Part shown: one piece after another, positions 52,281-64,000 of the stretch
Position numbering within the stretch: the stretch's first letter is position 1
Layout of the letters: the number at the start of each line of letters is the position of its first letter
From: Antedon mediterranea
Taxonomy: Eukaryota; Animalia; Echinodermata
Direction of reading: 5' to 3'
Assembly: GCF_964355755.1 (NCBI RefSeq)
Contig: NC_092672.1
Location: 372,001-436,000 of the forward strand
Length of the DNA: 64,000 nucleotides
Position numbers and translations under genes: made by a program
Notes under the pieces: model-generated
What the model was told of the DNA's origin: nothing
Database searches by the model: none
Seen by the model: only the letters and a program-made list of their open reading frames with translations

Positions 52281-52452
52281 TATTGAATAAAGATCACACT
52301 CTGACCTGGGGACCACATACCTGACTTGGGGACCACACCCCTGACCTGGGGGCCACATACCTGACTTGGGAACCACACTCCTGTCCTTGGGATTACACCC
52401 CTGACCTGGGGACCACACCCCGCAACTTAGGAACCATACCCCTGTTCTGGGA
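52281..52452. repeat. Degenerate 20-bp repeat CTGACCTGGGGACCACACCC, ~8 copies
   Basis: Read directly. Confidence 0.85.
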
Positions 52453-52863
52453 AACAACAGACCTAGCCTGTGAGATTTTATTACAACAAGGGAATATGTA
52501 GGAAGGCTCACAGCAAAATTACTTGAGCACCATTTTCACATCAATACTGTTATTTACATCATCATTTACCTGATCATGCATAAATGTATATTTTATATCA
52601 AACTTTTGAGTATTACAAATTTGGATTATCAAACAATTGCATAATCAGATATTAAAGTTGAGTAAGTACCTGATTTAAAGTGTTTTGATTATCATACATA
52701 GTGTACATTATTTGTGTAATACAATACAAAAAATAGCCAGTAGTATAAATAGCAAATACATAAACATCAAGTATAAATAGGCATTAGTATAAATAGCCAG
52801 TTTATAAAGAGTAAAATATATTTATTATAAAATTGTACACAAAGCACATTTTTATTTAAAATG

Positions 52864-55429
52864 TTAAATTTCATTATTTTGGTCATAGTTTAACAAAGGT
52901 TCTTCACTATTATTACACTCCTTGATTGAATATAGAAGATGGTATTTTGTATGATCATGTGATAGCACCCTTCGTGGTTTGATTTTAAAAGACCGCCCTC
53001 GTTGGTTTTGATTAATATAATCCTGCGCAAATTGTCTGTTGGCTGCCGATATGTCTGGAAGTGCCACATATTCATCAACCTGAAAGAACATTTGTAATTG
53101 TAATGAATCTTATATACAGGTGGTAAAACAAACACATTTTGGCACACATGGCGTGTCATATTGAAATATATTTATTAACAACTTTGACATACATTATTCA
53201 CATCACATTGGAGGCAGCAATACTATTGGTAAAAATAAACAGTAACTATAACACATAAATTAACTTATTTCTAATTACAGTAATATCAATACGATACAAG
53301 CAAGCATAGTAAAATACTTTAGATAAGTCCATTTATTTATAAAATATGTAATAAATGCAGTTAATAAAGAAATCAATCAATCAATTTATTATTTATTTTA
53401 ATAACTATAAAACATAAATCAACTTATTTGTAATTAATATCATTTCTAATTAATATCAATATGATACAAGCAAGCATAATAATATACTTTAGATAAGTTC
53501 ATTAATACAAGATAAAGTTCCTTGAGAATCTTTGATAGGAAGTGCATGTTAGAAATGATATCTCTAAACTGTATATTATAATGATTGATTGAATATTCGT
53601 CCACTTACGTCCATCCAAATACAGTCAGTAATCTCATGTTTGCAAACTGATATCTCTGAGCTTAAAGCCTTCATTTCACATATGAAGTACAAGTCTGATT
53701 GTCCAAAACGAAATCCATGTTGATGTCGGAATGACACGAGAGATATGAATTCTGAATCAATACCAGTTTCTTCAAACACTTCTCTTTTAGCGGTTACACC
53801 CAAGTCTTCTCCTATAGTGATATAAAAAAATGTAAAAGTAATGATACAAATTGTAGACCATACAAAGGAATACTTAAAATAGTTCATTATACTAAAACAA
53901 TTTAACAACAGGATGCTGAGCTCCGGAGATCAAAGCGTTTATCTGTGGCTGCGACACAATTAGTGTCACACCCCTAAACAGAAACCGCGCGCCACGGAGA
54001 ATAAGTACATAGTACAGTACTGTTGGTATTTGTCGCAGCCAGACATAAGATCAAAGGACTGTTAAAGTTCCTATCTTGGCAGGGTGAGGTCAGTGTCCTG
54101 TTATTAGATTGCCTTGATTATACCATGGAGGAAATTCTTATTTATTTCCTCCATGTAAACCGACCTGGATCAGCCATTCCTCCCGGAAGTTTCCATTTGG
54201 CTTTTTTATGGAATCGTTCTTTCACCAAAAGCACCTGATTAAGTTCATTAACTACAAAACCTGCAACACCTGAAGAGAATTAGCTTTATTATTATCAGTA
54301 TACACATCAATAATGTTTTTATCGAGTACTTCAAAATAAATTCATTGTCATTTGTAAAGCTTTGTCTACACTATCAAACTAGTTTGACAAAAACAGTGTG
54401 ATGTGCCCAAATATATTAGTGATATGCCAAAATTTGGTAGTGATATGCCCAAATATGGTAGTGGTATGACATCATCATGTCCATATTTGGGCACATCCAA
54501 TGCTTTTGTCACATAAAATGTGATAGTATAAACAGAGCTTTATACCAAGTAGTCACTCCTACCTACGTAATGTGTTGTATAACCTGGAAGCTGATTAGGC
54601 TCATTTGTTGGTAGCCATTTTATCATCATAACATAATCTTTCTGTGCATGATGAAAAACAAAGCCATGCTAGATGGAAGAAATGCAAAAGGTAGAAATAA
54701 TATGGATGACATCGGTACACAGTGTTTCCGAATTAGGTGTTTATAAAACAATGGGTTAAAAATGGAGGGTCTAATACACACAAAAAAATGGTTAAAAAAT
54801 ATTTTAATTTGCCATTTTAATTGCAAGGTTTATATTAAATACACTGAAGCAGCAAAAACACTTAATAAACAAATGGAAGGTATTAAATATAGAAGAACAT
54901 TAAATAAAAATATTAAAAGCAGAAGAAACATAGATAAAACATGTGGAATATTAAATATAGAATAGGAAATAAAAAACATTAAACAAAATGAAACACAAAA
55001 TTTAAGAAAAAGCTCAGCTGCATATGAGCCTAACCCATGTGCAAATATACTCCAGCGAGGTTCTGCACGGTATAGGAAGATGATGATGATGAATGTTTAG
55101 TCTTCTCCGACAACCTGCTGCTTGGTATTACCTTGACGGCTTTAGCTATATATATTGAACACTCTATTGCAATGTTCAGCCATACACCTCGAATTCCTTG
55201 CTCCTTCCATTCTTGTAAAGAATCTATCAATGAGAAATAATATTTTAGGATTTTCTGTAAGGTTTGTTTAATTCATGGTTAATTGAAGTAAATAATTAAA
55301 TACTAAAAATGAGTACAGATACTCACATTGAAGACGATCACTGAACCCAGATTCAGATTTACATTTTTGATCCTGAACATTTACTATAATGCCATTGAAA
55401 ATGTCTTTCTTGCCCTCAAATGCTTCCAT
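52864..55429 (-). CDS. NUDT6: Nudix hydrolase 6 (NUDT6)
   Basis: Coding exons 55429-55327, 55223-55132, 54668-54563, 54269-54165, 53811-53609, 53079-52864. Nudix box GGMADPGEDLGVTAKREVFEETGI, plus RGVWL, GFVFHHAQ, LPGYTTHYVGVAG and SFRHQH..FGQSDLYF. A probable non-coding first exon ends at 55861. Confidence 0.9.
54357..54540. mobile_element. AAGCTCTGTCTACAC MITE family, copy 6
   Basis: Same TIRs, TA-flanked, with a triplicated internal motif. Partial copies also lie at about 13840-13925 and 22250-22330. Confidence 0.78.
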
Positions 55430-55860
55430 CCTAAAAGAAAAGGGAAACAATGAATGAAAAAAATCATATGATCAATAAGCTACACAGTATTGAATTTAAT
55501 TTAAATACTAGAATTTAGATAAGATTAGATATATCATCTATCATTGTTGAATTGAATGAGGTAAGTTATTTCAATTGTTAAAGTTTTAGACATTAAAGAA
55601 ACCAAATAGAAAAGAAATTGTGCCAAGGAAGGCAAATTCAAACTACTGTAGCCTAGTAGGCCTGTAAACTGTGAAAGATAATCCAGCATAAAATGCGGAT
55701 TCTACTCCATTCTCCATGCACATTCAACCAGTGGAAGAGGTCGACTACTCCACCATCATTCTAGCCTATCTTAATCTTAGTTTAGTATCTAGTGTTTTCT
55801 GATAATACTGTAGTAATAATAATTTAAATTTAATTAATTGGAAATTGTAGAGTTTAAATA

Positions 55861-56102
55861 CCTGAACCATCGGCTAGGTTTTTACTATCTTACGTCAACA
55901 ATTGTCCCCACCCTCTGCTGCTCATTAAAATACTGTACCACCAATCTGATTTTGTGTTTATATGACACGGTTCACTAAACACATCGTTTCGTTATTTACA
56001 ATTACCCGTGATCCTGTTGATTGATGACACTTTTTGTGGTTTTCATTTCTGATTAAGAAATTTATAAAGGTTAAAAATAAATTCACGATTTTGTAATTAA
56101 AC
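55861..56102. promoter_or_regulatory. Probable bidirectional promoter/first-exon region shared by NUDT6 and CDK2AP1
   Basis: A minus-strand donor (cag|gtattt at 55861) and the plus-strand CDK2AP1 ATG at 56103 lie within about 240 bp. Confidence 0.5.
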
Positions 56103-57378
56103 ATGGATATTTCGAGGGCTAATAGTGAGTTTTAATTTAAATGTTATTCTAAGGATTATAATCTACAACATAACATACATATTTATTTATTAATACGATA
56201 TAATACATGTGATAACATCTTTGATCAGTATATATATGACTCGAGAGCTAGCTAGGCTAGCCTAGCCTAGCCAAAACTGGTCATTTCGTAGGAGATGAGT
56301 GCGTGCTTCCTCCTTGAACAAAGCATATTAATATTGACGACATAGGCTTTAGCCTGTGGGTTGTGCGCCATGCATTAAAAAAAGGTGGTCCAAAATTCGT
56401 AGCATTAAAATAAGAAATTCATGTAAAACTTTTTTTAATAAAGAATACAAAATTAATTTAATTATTTTTTATACAATACAATCATTGCATAATTTGTTAT
56501 TAATATTAATTAGGGCCTAGGCCTAATATTAAAAATGTAATTGTTTTCGATTTTAAAGGAAATTCACCTGCTATTATAAGGAATGAGGTTAAGCCTAAGC
56601 AATCCGTATACCAACATCATCTGAACGGTGAAAGAACAGCAGCACAGGTGGCTGTAGCCAGAGCTCTGGGACAGCAGGGAAGCGGACATTCATCCTCAGG
56701 TAAAAAGGTCAATACATCTTCTTGATCCACAGATGGCTCAGGGTGTGTCAGAATAGCTGTGCCACTGATGACACGCTGCCTTCATGCTTGACGATCCTGT
56801 GCCAACCTAAACTCTTTCCACAGCTCTACTGCATAGACAATTATATAAGGAGTGGCAGTCTTCCAAAAAAATATTTTTTTAAATATTTCTTTCTCTGTTT
56901 ATTCCTCTAGCACAACAAGTACAAGTTTCACAGCAAAGGGTATCTGCTCCACAGAGCAAGTATGCAGAGCTATTAGCAGTTATTGAAGACATGAGTAGAG
57001 ATATAAGACCAACATACGCTGGAAGTAGAACGGCAACAGAACGACTGAAAAGAGGTAAACAAATAACATTTCAAAGTATGTGCACATTCCTGATGATAAT
57101 TATTAACGATCGAAACGTCGAATCATGGCTTGCCTCTCGTTATTTGGAGTCAGTTTTATACTATAATGTTATTTAAACATAATGAGTGCATCTACTGGTT
57201 TTTACACATTTTATGTTCTACAATTTATGCAGTACTGTACCTAGTTTATATAAGCAACAAAGAAAACTGATTTATAAATTGGATATTTACTGTAACTATT
57301 TATTTTTCAGGAATCGTCCATGCCCGAGCTCTAGTTCGTGAATGCCTTGCAGAAACAGAACGTAGTGCACGCACATGA
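56103..57378 (+). CDS. CDK2AP1: Cyclin-dependent kinase 2-associated protein 1 (DOC-1)
   Basis: Exons 56103-56124, 56559-56699, 56911-57054, 57311-57378. Conserved C-terminus [56 protein letters not shown]. The first two exons are less certain. Confidence 0.92.
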
Positions 57379-58006
57379 CACCTCAACATGCTAACACAAT
57401 ACCTAATTTAAGAAATAAACTAAAGAATATTCCTCCCCTCCCCCATTACATAACAACTAAGAGGCCCTAGAGCTTGAGCAGCCCCAACACAACTACCCAG
57501 CGTTGGAGGGCCCATTATGAGTGCTAACTTTTCCACCTGCATTATGCCACTACTGGCTATGGTGTTTCCTTATTCTAATAAATGTATAACCTTGTTTATT
57601 TACTATATTTCTTGGTACTGAATCAGAATATTTAACAATTGTTAGCATTTACGTATACTGCATCATGTTTGTAATAAAAATAATTGTTGAGTTAGTAAAA
57701 GAATTCTTCTTGTGTCATTACGGAGGTGGGGAGGAGTGTAATACAATACAGATAATTAAAAAAAAGATATTTTACTTTGGAATACCAGATGTAGCTAAAA
57801 GAAATGTTAATTGGAAAAACACTACTATAACTTACAGTCTGCCACAAATAGTTTGATATATACAGTAGTAGTACCATACTATTAAAGTTGTTGTCAAGCA
57901 AAATAAAAACATATTCTTTGAATCCATAAAATAATTGGCTTGACCATAATTCATTAAAAAAATACTATAGGATAAGTAATAGTAAAATACTAGCTAATTT
58001 ACAGAA

Positions 58007-58018
58007 GAAAAAAAAAAA
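58007..58018 (-). terminator. RNA polymerase III oligo-T terminator of the tRNA-Gly gene
   Basis: Run of more than 10 T on the minus strand a few nt after the discriminator base. Confidence 0.75.
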
Positions 58019-58021
58019 CTG

Positions 58022-58093
58022 TGCGTCGGCCGGGAATCGAACCCGGGACAATTGCTTGGAAGGCAACTATGTTAACCACTACACCACCGACGC
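58022..58093 (-). tRNA. tRNA-Gly (anticodon TCC)
   Basis: 72-nt cloverleaf GCGTCGG TG GTGT AGTGGTTA ACAT A GTTGC CTTCCAA GCAAT TGTC CCGGG TTCGATT CCCGG CCGACGC A. A and B boxes are intact. Confidence 0.96.
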
Positions 58094-58511
58094 ATCTGGG
58101 AAATGAACGTTTCCATTTGATAAAGTCAGTAAAATGCTGGTCTATTCCATTTGGCAAATAGGTACATAAATTGAGATTTTAATTTTACAACATTGAGGGC
58201 GCCATAGCCTATAAAGTTTTAACAAATCAGAATAAACAGTAAAAGCGAGTAATCTTACCTTATTTCGTATTTACAATAAATTGACAAAGACCAAGGCACG
58301 TGTTTTCTTTTAGGAAAAAATTTCGACTTTTTATTTCAAATGTAAATTTTTTATTGTAGGCTTACCATTTACATAACTTGCTTTAAAAAGCATGTTTGAT
58401 TTCAAATAAAGGAACAGAATGTATACAATCTCTTCACCTGTACCTCCTAATCTATGATCATTATTGAGGCCAAATTTACATTCCCCTGGCTCACTTTAAG
58501 CAAGGGTGACA

Positions 58512-58598
58512 AACAGGTGTGGTGCTTTAGTGTCCAACAGGTGTGGCGCTTAGGCGACCAACAGGTGTGGCGCTTAGGCGACCAACAGGTGTGGTGCT
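58512..58598. repeat. 24-bp repeat AACAGGTGTGGCGCTTAGGCGACC, ~4 copies
   Basis: Read directly. Confidence 0.85.
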
Positions 58599-59174
58599 TG
58601 GGTTCTCTAGAATAGTACCTGTAAACACTAGTGAATAAGTACATATAGATATCCTATACATTACAGAAGGCATGAAAAATATGTACTTGCTAAATTGTCT
58701 ACACAAATTTACAATTTTATTCCTTGAATTCGACCTGGAGGAAGACCAAGTGTAAACAAATTATTAATCATTCATGAATTAATATGGAAACATTTCAATT
58801 ATGACACCAAGAAGAAATACTAAATATGGTTTCCTATCTAGCTAGGAACAATTACTACAAAACAACATTAAAAGCAAATTGTATTCACATTATCACCAAT
58901 TATAGAAACCCTACAAGATTATAGGTCCTAAAGTTCATTTCTACTACACTAAAAAACAAGAATTTACAAAAAAACTGACTTTTTGGGAAAGCCCAAGGCT
59001 GCCCGGTTTTGGTTCAGTTGACTGTATATCATTTTTGGATGATTCCTTCACAATCAACTTGAAACATGTCTTATTGTTTTACAGCTGAGAGTTTTCACTC
59101 TAAAACAAATTGTGGGTAAACTTTTGAAGTTTTATTTAATTTGGTAGAATAGAAAAGACACAATAGTTGGCTTA

Positions 59175-62100
59175 TTACAAGCCATAGAATTTGAGACTCC
59201 TGTCCATTCCAGTGGACGCCAGGAAGCCTGCATGTTGTCCAAAACGTACACCAGTAGCCAATCCATTATGGTCTGTGAAAGAACAACATATCATCATTGA
59301 AAACATAGTACTGTACTACCATACTTATACTTACTTATTTTTATCCAAAAAAAATAAATCAAAACATAAATCGTTGAATATAAATATCTATATTTACATT
59401 TGTATACTACAAGCTTAGGATGCTATAATTTGAATATGATTGGTACTTAAGTATGGATAGTTACCTGTAAGTACAGCCAGCTCCTGCCACTGTTTACACA
59501 GGTAAACACGGACATCAGATCCTGCTACAGCTAGGTAAGTACCACTCTGATCAAATGACAAAGATTTCACCTGAAAAACAAACACATCTCTTTCTTTCAA
59601 TTCAAAATTGTCATAATAAACTATTTAATAATTCAATGTTGCAATAAAATAATTCATGAAACCATAGTAAAAACATTTTTTCTTAACTTAATGAAAAATT
59701 TCTAAAGTAATAAATGTGTTGCTCACCTCATAATGGCTATCCAAAGCAATGTTCTTAAAGTTCTTCAATTTCCGCAAATCCCAGAGTTTGACAACGGAGT
59801 CATCAGCAGCAGTTGCCAGATAATAACCATTCTCAGAGAATGAGATGGCAGTGATTGGTCCAGAGTGACCTGGGAAATTGGCAACATTGGTTCGCTCTTT
59901 AAGATCCCAAATCTTGATGACACTGTCACCGGTACCGGTCCCAAAGATTAAACCATCAGGATGGAATTGGGCACATGTCAATGCTGCAATAGAAAAAGAC
60001 TTTTACATTATTGGTCATTAAGTACAGTGAGACATTCAGTAAATGTAAAAAAATAAATATTTGCTGTACAAAGTATAGTTTTAAGTCTTCCTGAATATGT
60101 AGTGCTATTTATTTTGTTATAAAAATTCTATTAACAGGCGATTATAATAAAAATAAAAATATAATTAGACCTGACTTGTACAGTGTTTTTCTACATGTTG
60201 CTAGACACAAATTAAAGAATAATAATTTCTTACCATGCCCAATGGAATCATCAGACACTTTAGTAAGAACACGTCCAACATTGATATCCGAGAATGCCCA
60301 GTGACGATCCTCAGAACAACTCAGCATGTAGTCACCGGTAGCATGAAGACTAAGCCCAGTCACAGCACCATCGTGAGCACGGATTGTCTGAGCACATGAG
60401 CCGCTCGCAACAGCCCATACACGAATGGTTGAATCAGGAGAAGATGAGAAAACAACATCCTGAAAAATAATTTTAATTTTGGTTCTTTTTTCGGCAGGCA
60501 ACTTTTATTTCATATATGATACACAATCGATGTTTAAATTATATTACACAGTCTGAGGTTAAAAGATTATAGAAAATATTTTGATATTGTGTTGAAATCT
60601 AAATATGATGAAACAAATAAGTATACAGAGAAAATTGATATTACAGAGCTAATAATAATTGATAATAATGACAATTGTTTGACATTTCTACATTCCTTGA
60701 CAATATTAAAATTACATGGTTCTGATATAAGGAGTTACTTAATACTTTAACAGTTACAATATGTAATGGAAAGGATACATTACAAAAACATTGTAAAACC
60801 AGTAATTTAATTATCTAAAAAACTACAATTTAACAACAATAGAATAAATACAAAGAATGGAAACAAAATGCTTTGAATTGTTCACCTTGTTTGGATGGTA
60901 GATAACATGGTTGACCTTCTTTGTGTGACCTTTTAAGATAGTCTCCACTTGTTCAGTCTCCTTGTTAAACACCACCACGTTACGATCAGCACCACCAGTC
61001 AGAATCTTGTTGGTGTTGGCAGCCTGGATATCCAAGGCTAATATACCAGGATTACTAGCGCTATGTAAACCCTATGGAACACAAACTCAAATAATCATCT
61101 AAACATATTATAAATTTCACAAAAATCGGTTGTAAAATAACAACCGATAGATATTCTCAACCCTACTTCATTTCCTTTTAAAAACACATATTAGCCGTGG
61201 TATTTATTCACCATGCAAGCCATTTGACATCAAAGAAATTGGGGCAGATTGGGGTTATTAAACTTACTGGATGCGAAGATTGGGCACGGAAACTGCGGAT
61301 CTCTTCGGCGGGCATAAGGTCTTCTGGAACCTTTTTACCACGTTTCTTACGCTCCGCAGTAAGCAAGGCAGCTTTGTCTTGTAACTGAAAAAGGAGAGAA
61401 AATCAAGATAAATATCCTAAATCATTAATTTCATAATCATGTATAATAAAACAAAAACTACAGGTGAGAATCAATATCGTAAGGCATTTAATGAAAATGC
61501 AAACAGTATTAAAATTATGCGACATGTTTTGAGAAATCTATTCTCATCATCAGAACTATAACCAACACCAGTATGAATACACCTACTTAACAGTTGTATT
61601 TAATTGAGGCAATAATATCTGGTACATTTTAGGACATATTCATTGGATTAAAATTAAGCAAAAATAAAGCAGCACCTTTTGGATGACCTCTTCTGACATG
61701 CCAATCATCCCGGCTTCCTCTGCTTCCATTGGTTCAGCCAGCTGACTGGGTTGTACCATACTCCCAATAGGAGCAATACCTGGTGCTGCCTGGGGTTTCA
61801 GAGTAGCCAGCGCTGGAAACAAACATATGCAATATGTTTTATTTATTTAATACTATCTTTTTTAATAATGGGTTACCTATCCAGTTCCAGTAAAGGAATT
61901 ATCATCAAAGGTATACAGATACATACAAACATGTAACGTAGTGAACAAAATCAACTATATCTGTACATAAAAATTTGATACAGTAGATATATAATACAAA
62001 CAAAATAAACTTTTCTATAAATAAATCGTTTAGGTTGGAATTTAAAAGAGTTAATGTCAACAATGATATTTTCAGAATGAACCTGACTATGTTCAAATGT

Positions 62101-63774
62101 AATTACTTTAAACTAAAAGATACCATTCTAGATTACAATTAACATCTTAGAAAAGTTTTCAACAAAAACAATTAAGGACCTACAACTCTTTATAACTTGC
62201 TATAGTGAAGTATCACAAACACAAACCGGTAAAGAAATTTCAAATAACAATTTATTTAAACCACTGGTGGCAGCATCCAAATTCATGAAACTGCAGAATA
62301 AACTTTTAAATCTAAACTAAATGGCTTTTATTACAAAAAAACCCCATTTTAGTTTCATTTACTAAAAATAATCTACTAAAATAATATCTTCAAAGAACTT
62401 GCACGCAAACTCTACTTTCAATTGAGATAAAAACAATTTAATTTGTAATCTAAAACAAAAATGCGCGATAGAAACCAAGAATAAAACTAGTACTAAAATG
62501 TCTACAAAACGCTTGTGTAAACAACATTACTGATTTTAAAACAGTGTGGAAACAAGTGAAACTATCATATGCTTATCATACAATGATTTTTTTAATTTAG
62601 GCAAATTTCCAAGGATAACCATAAGTGAATTAATTCACTATCCTTCTTAATTAAAGGCCAGGTGCGGGCAAAAAATTTCTATTGATCATACATTCCAATA
62701 ATTATCGATCTATAGTTTCCCCTATGTTTCATAATTTTTGGGATTTTATTTGTGTTACAGGAGCTTGTTGAAAATTAGCACTTTCATATCAGTGGGGGGA
62801 TAGTTCAAATTACACAGTCAAATCTCTATTCTTTTGTACACAAATTTTGAAAATAGAAAGGCATTTTAAAAAGCTATGAAAAATAAACGGTGTGGTAAAA
62901 AATGGTATCAGATGACTAAATATAGGTAATATAACTTGAATTTTACATTTCTGGTATTTTTTATTCAACTTCAGAATTTTATTTTCATGCTATTTATAGC
63001 AAAAATTATCCACCGTATATCCACCATCTTTTTTCACCTTCTAGGGAGTCACCAGACATTTTATTACATTATGTTAACTACCTACTGTAACTACTGAAAA
63101 AAAGGTCTTCCTGTTTTTTTTGGCAGAATTTTGCCAAATTTTGTATTTGACCATATTAAGGGAAATTCATGGTTTTTCGTCTTGATTTCTGTTAAAACTA
63201 TTTGATTTATGTACAATTAACCAGATATTATATTTAAAATTCATGCCTGTACCTGAGCTTTAAAGGTGGCAATCTGTTTACAATACAAACATACACATGG
63301 TGCTCTACATAAACAAAGTCATATTACTATTAGTCTTTGGGATTGTAAATTGTCATTAGAACAAATCCTGACATGACAGGACTTGATTGAACCAAGCACC
63401 CTTTGATTGGTAGCCGGCATCATAACCACCAAGCCACAACTTCACTCCATACTGATGGTTGGCAACATTTACCAGTGGTCAATTTCAAATAGTTTTTTTG
63501 AATGGACAAACAATAATAATAAACAGAACAGGAAAAAACAAATCTACCCACAAACCTTCACGAGCTGCTGTCACTTCCTTCGTAAGTCTAGCAATCACAC
63601 GACAAGCTGCGTCATGTTGATAGAGGGCGTGAGAGAGTTCCTGACGGGCTGTTTGTAGTTGTTGACGTAGGGTGAAGCTGTGTAACATACAAGCATCCCA
63701 TTCATCCTGGAGAAGCTTAAGAATTGCTGGGATACTGGTGGCCGTAGGTGGACGAGGCTTCACTACTGGGCTCA
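59175..63774 (-). CDS. PRPF19: Pre-mRNA-processing factor 19 (coiled coil + WD40); N-terminal U-box exons lie beyond the window end
   Basis: Exons 63774-63556, 61812-61676, 61384-61268, 61071-60886, 60459-60234, 59983-59727, 59570-59465, 59272-59175. [44 protein letters not shown]; WD40 repeats [36 protein letters not shown]. Confidence 0.97.
62655..63259. mobile_element. TTAA-flanked non-autonomous DNA transposon (Kolobok-like)
   Basis: TTAA|AGGCCAGGTGCGGGCA ... TGCCTGTACCTGAGCT|TTAA; imperfect 16-bp TIR with AG..CT ends. Confidence 0.65.
63265..63440 (-). mobile_element. Degenerate tRNA-derived SINE-like element in a PRPF19 intron
   Basis: Minus strand TGGCTTGGTGG (A box) and GGTTCAATC (B box) at tRNA-like spacing, with no cloverleaf. 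Boundaries approximate. Confidence 0.45.
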
Positions 63775-64000
63775 CTGTCAATGTAAAAACATGGTTAATA
63801 ATACAGTACATACATTCATGTTGCTGCACATTAAAATTTCTTTTTTTGTTTCAATGTTTTGTTTAATCCTTTGGATTGTATTTTTTTTATTAATGTTAAT
63901 TTTCATAATTGTAGTGTACTGTCATAGTTACAGAAAAAAACAGATTATCATGGTAAACAGGACAGGCTTTATTTTTAAAATGTTGTATAAATATTTTGTT

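Noticed and set aside
50864-52863. FGF2-like gene antisense to the NUDT6 3' end, as in vertebrates
   Set aside because: No FGF-like coding sequence seen; NUDT6 simply converges on KMT5A here.
59273-63555. Intronic snoRNAs in PRPF19
   Set aside because: No convincing C/D box pair with terminal stem or H/ACA double hairpin seen by eye; an Infernal/Rfam scan would be needed.

Overview
AT-rich, intron-rich animal genomic DNA. It resembles an invertebrate deuterostome such as an echinoderm, but the species cannot be determined from the sequence. I assembled seven spliced protein-coding genes by hand from GT-AG junctions and reading phase: a 5'-incomplete adhesion GPCR (GAIN/GPS + 7TM, +), RAD51C (+), a RILP/RILPL-family gene (-), KMT5A/SETD8 (+), NUDT6 (-), CDK2AP1 (+) and a 5'-incomplete PRPF19 (-). 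The window also holds one tRNA-Gly(TCC), tRNA-derived SINE-like relics, several non-autonomous DNA transposons (including a Helitron containing a MULE that contains a second MULE) and many intronic minisatellites. Three signals stand out. (1) The RILPL 3' half has a phase-interlocked set of candidate cassette exons and microexons (51; 67 or 10; 8 or 14 nt) feeding three alternative terminal exons. (2) Four separate tandem repeats have units that straddle a splice junction, including a 2.6 kb satellite visibly derived from the end of RAD51C exon 4. (3) RILPL, KMT5A and CDK2AP1 are linked here, as they are at human 12q24.31. No prokaryotic, CRISPR or viral system is supported. All exon models are predictions without transcript data.
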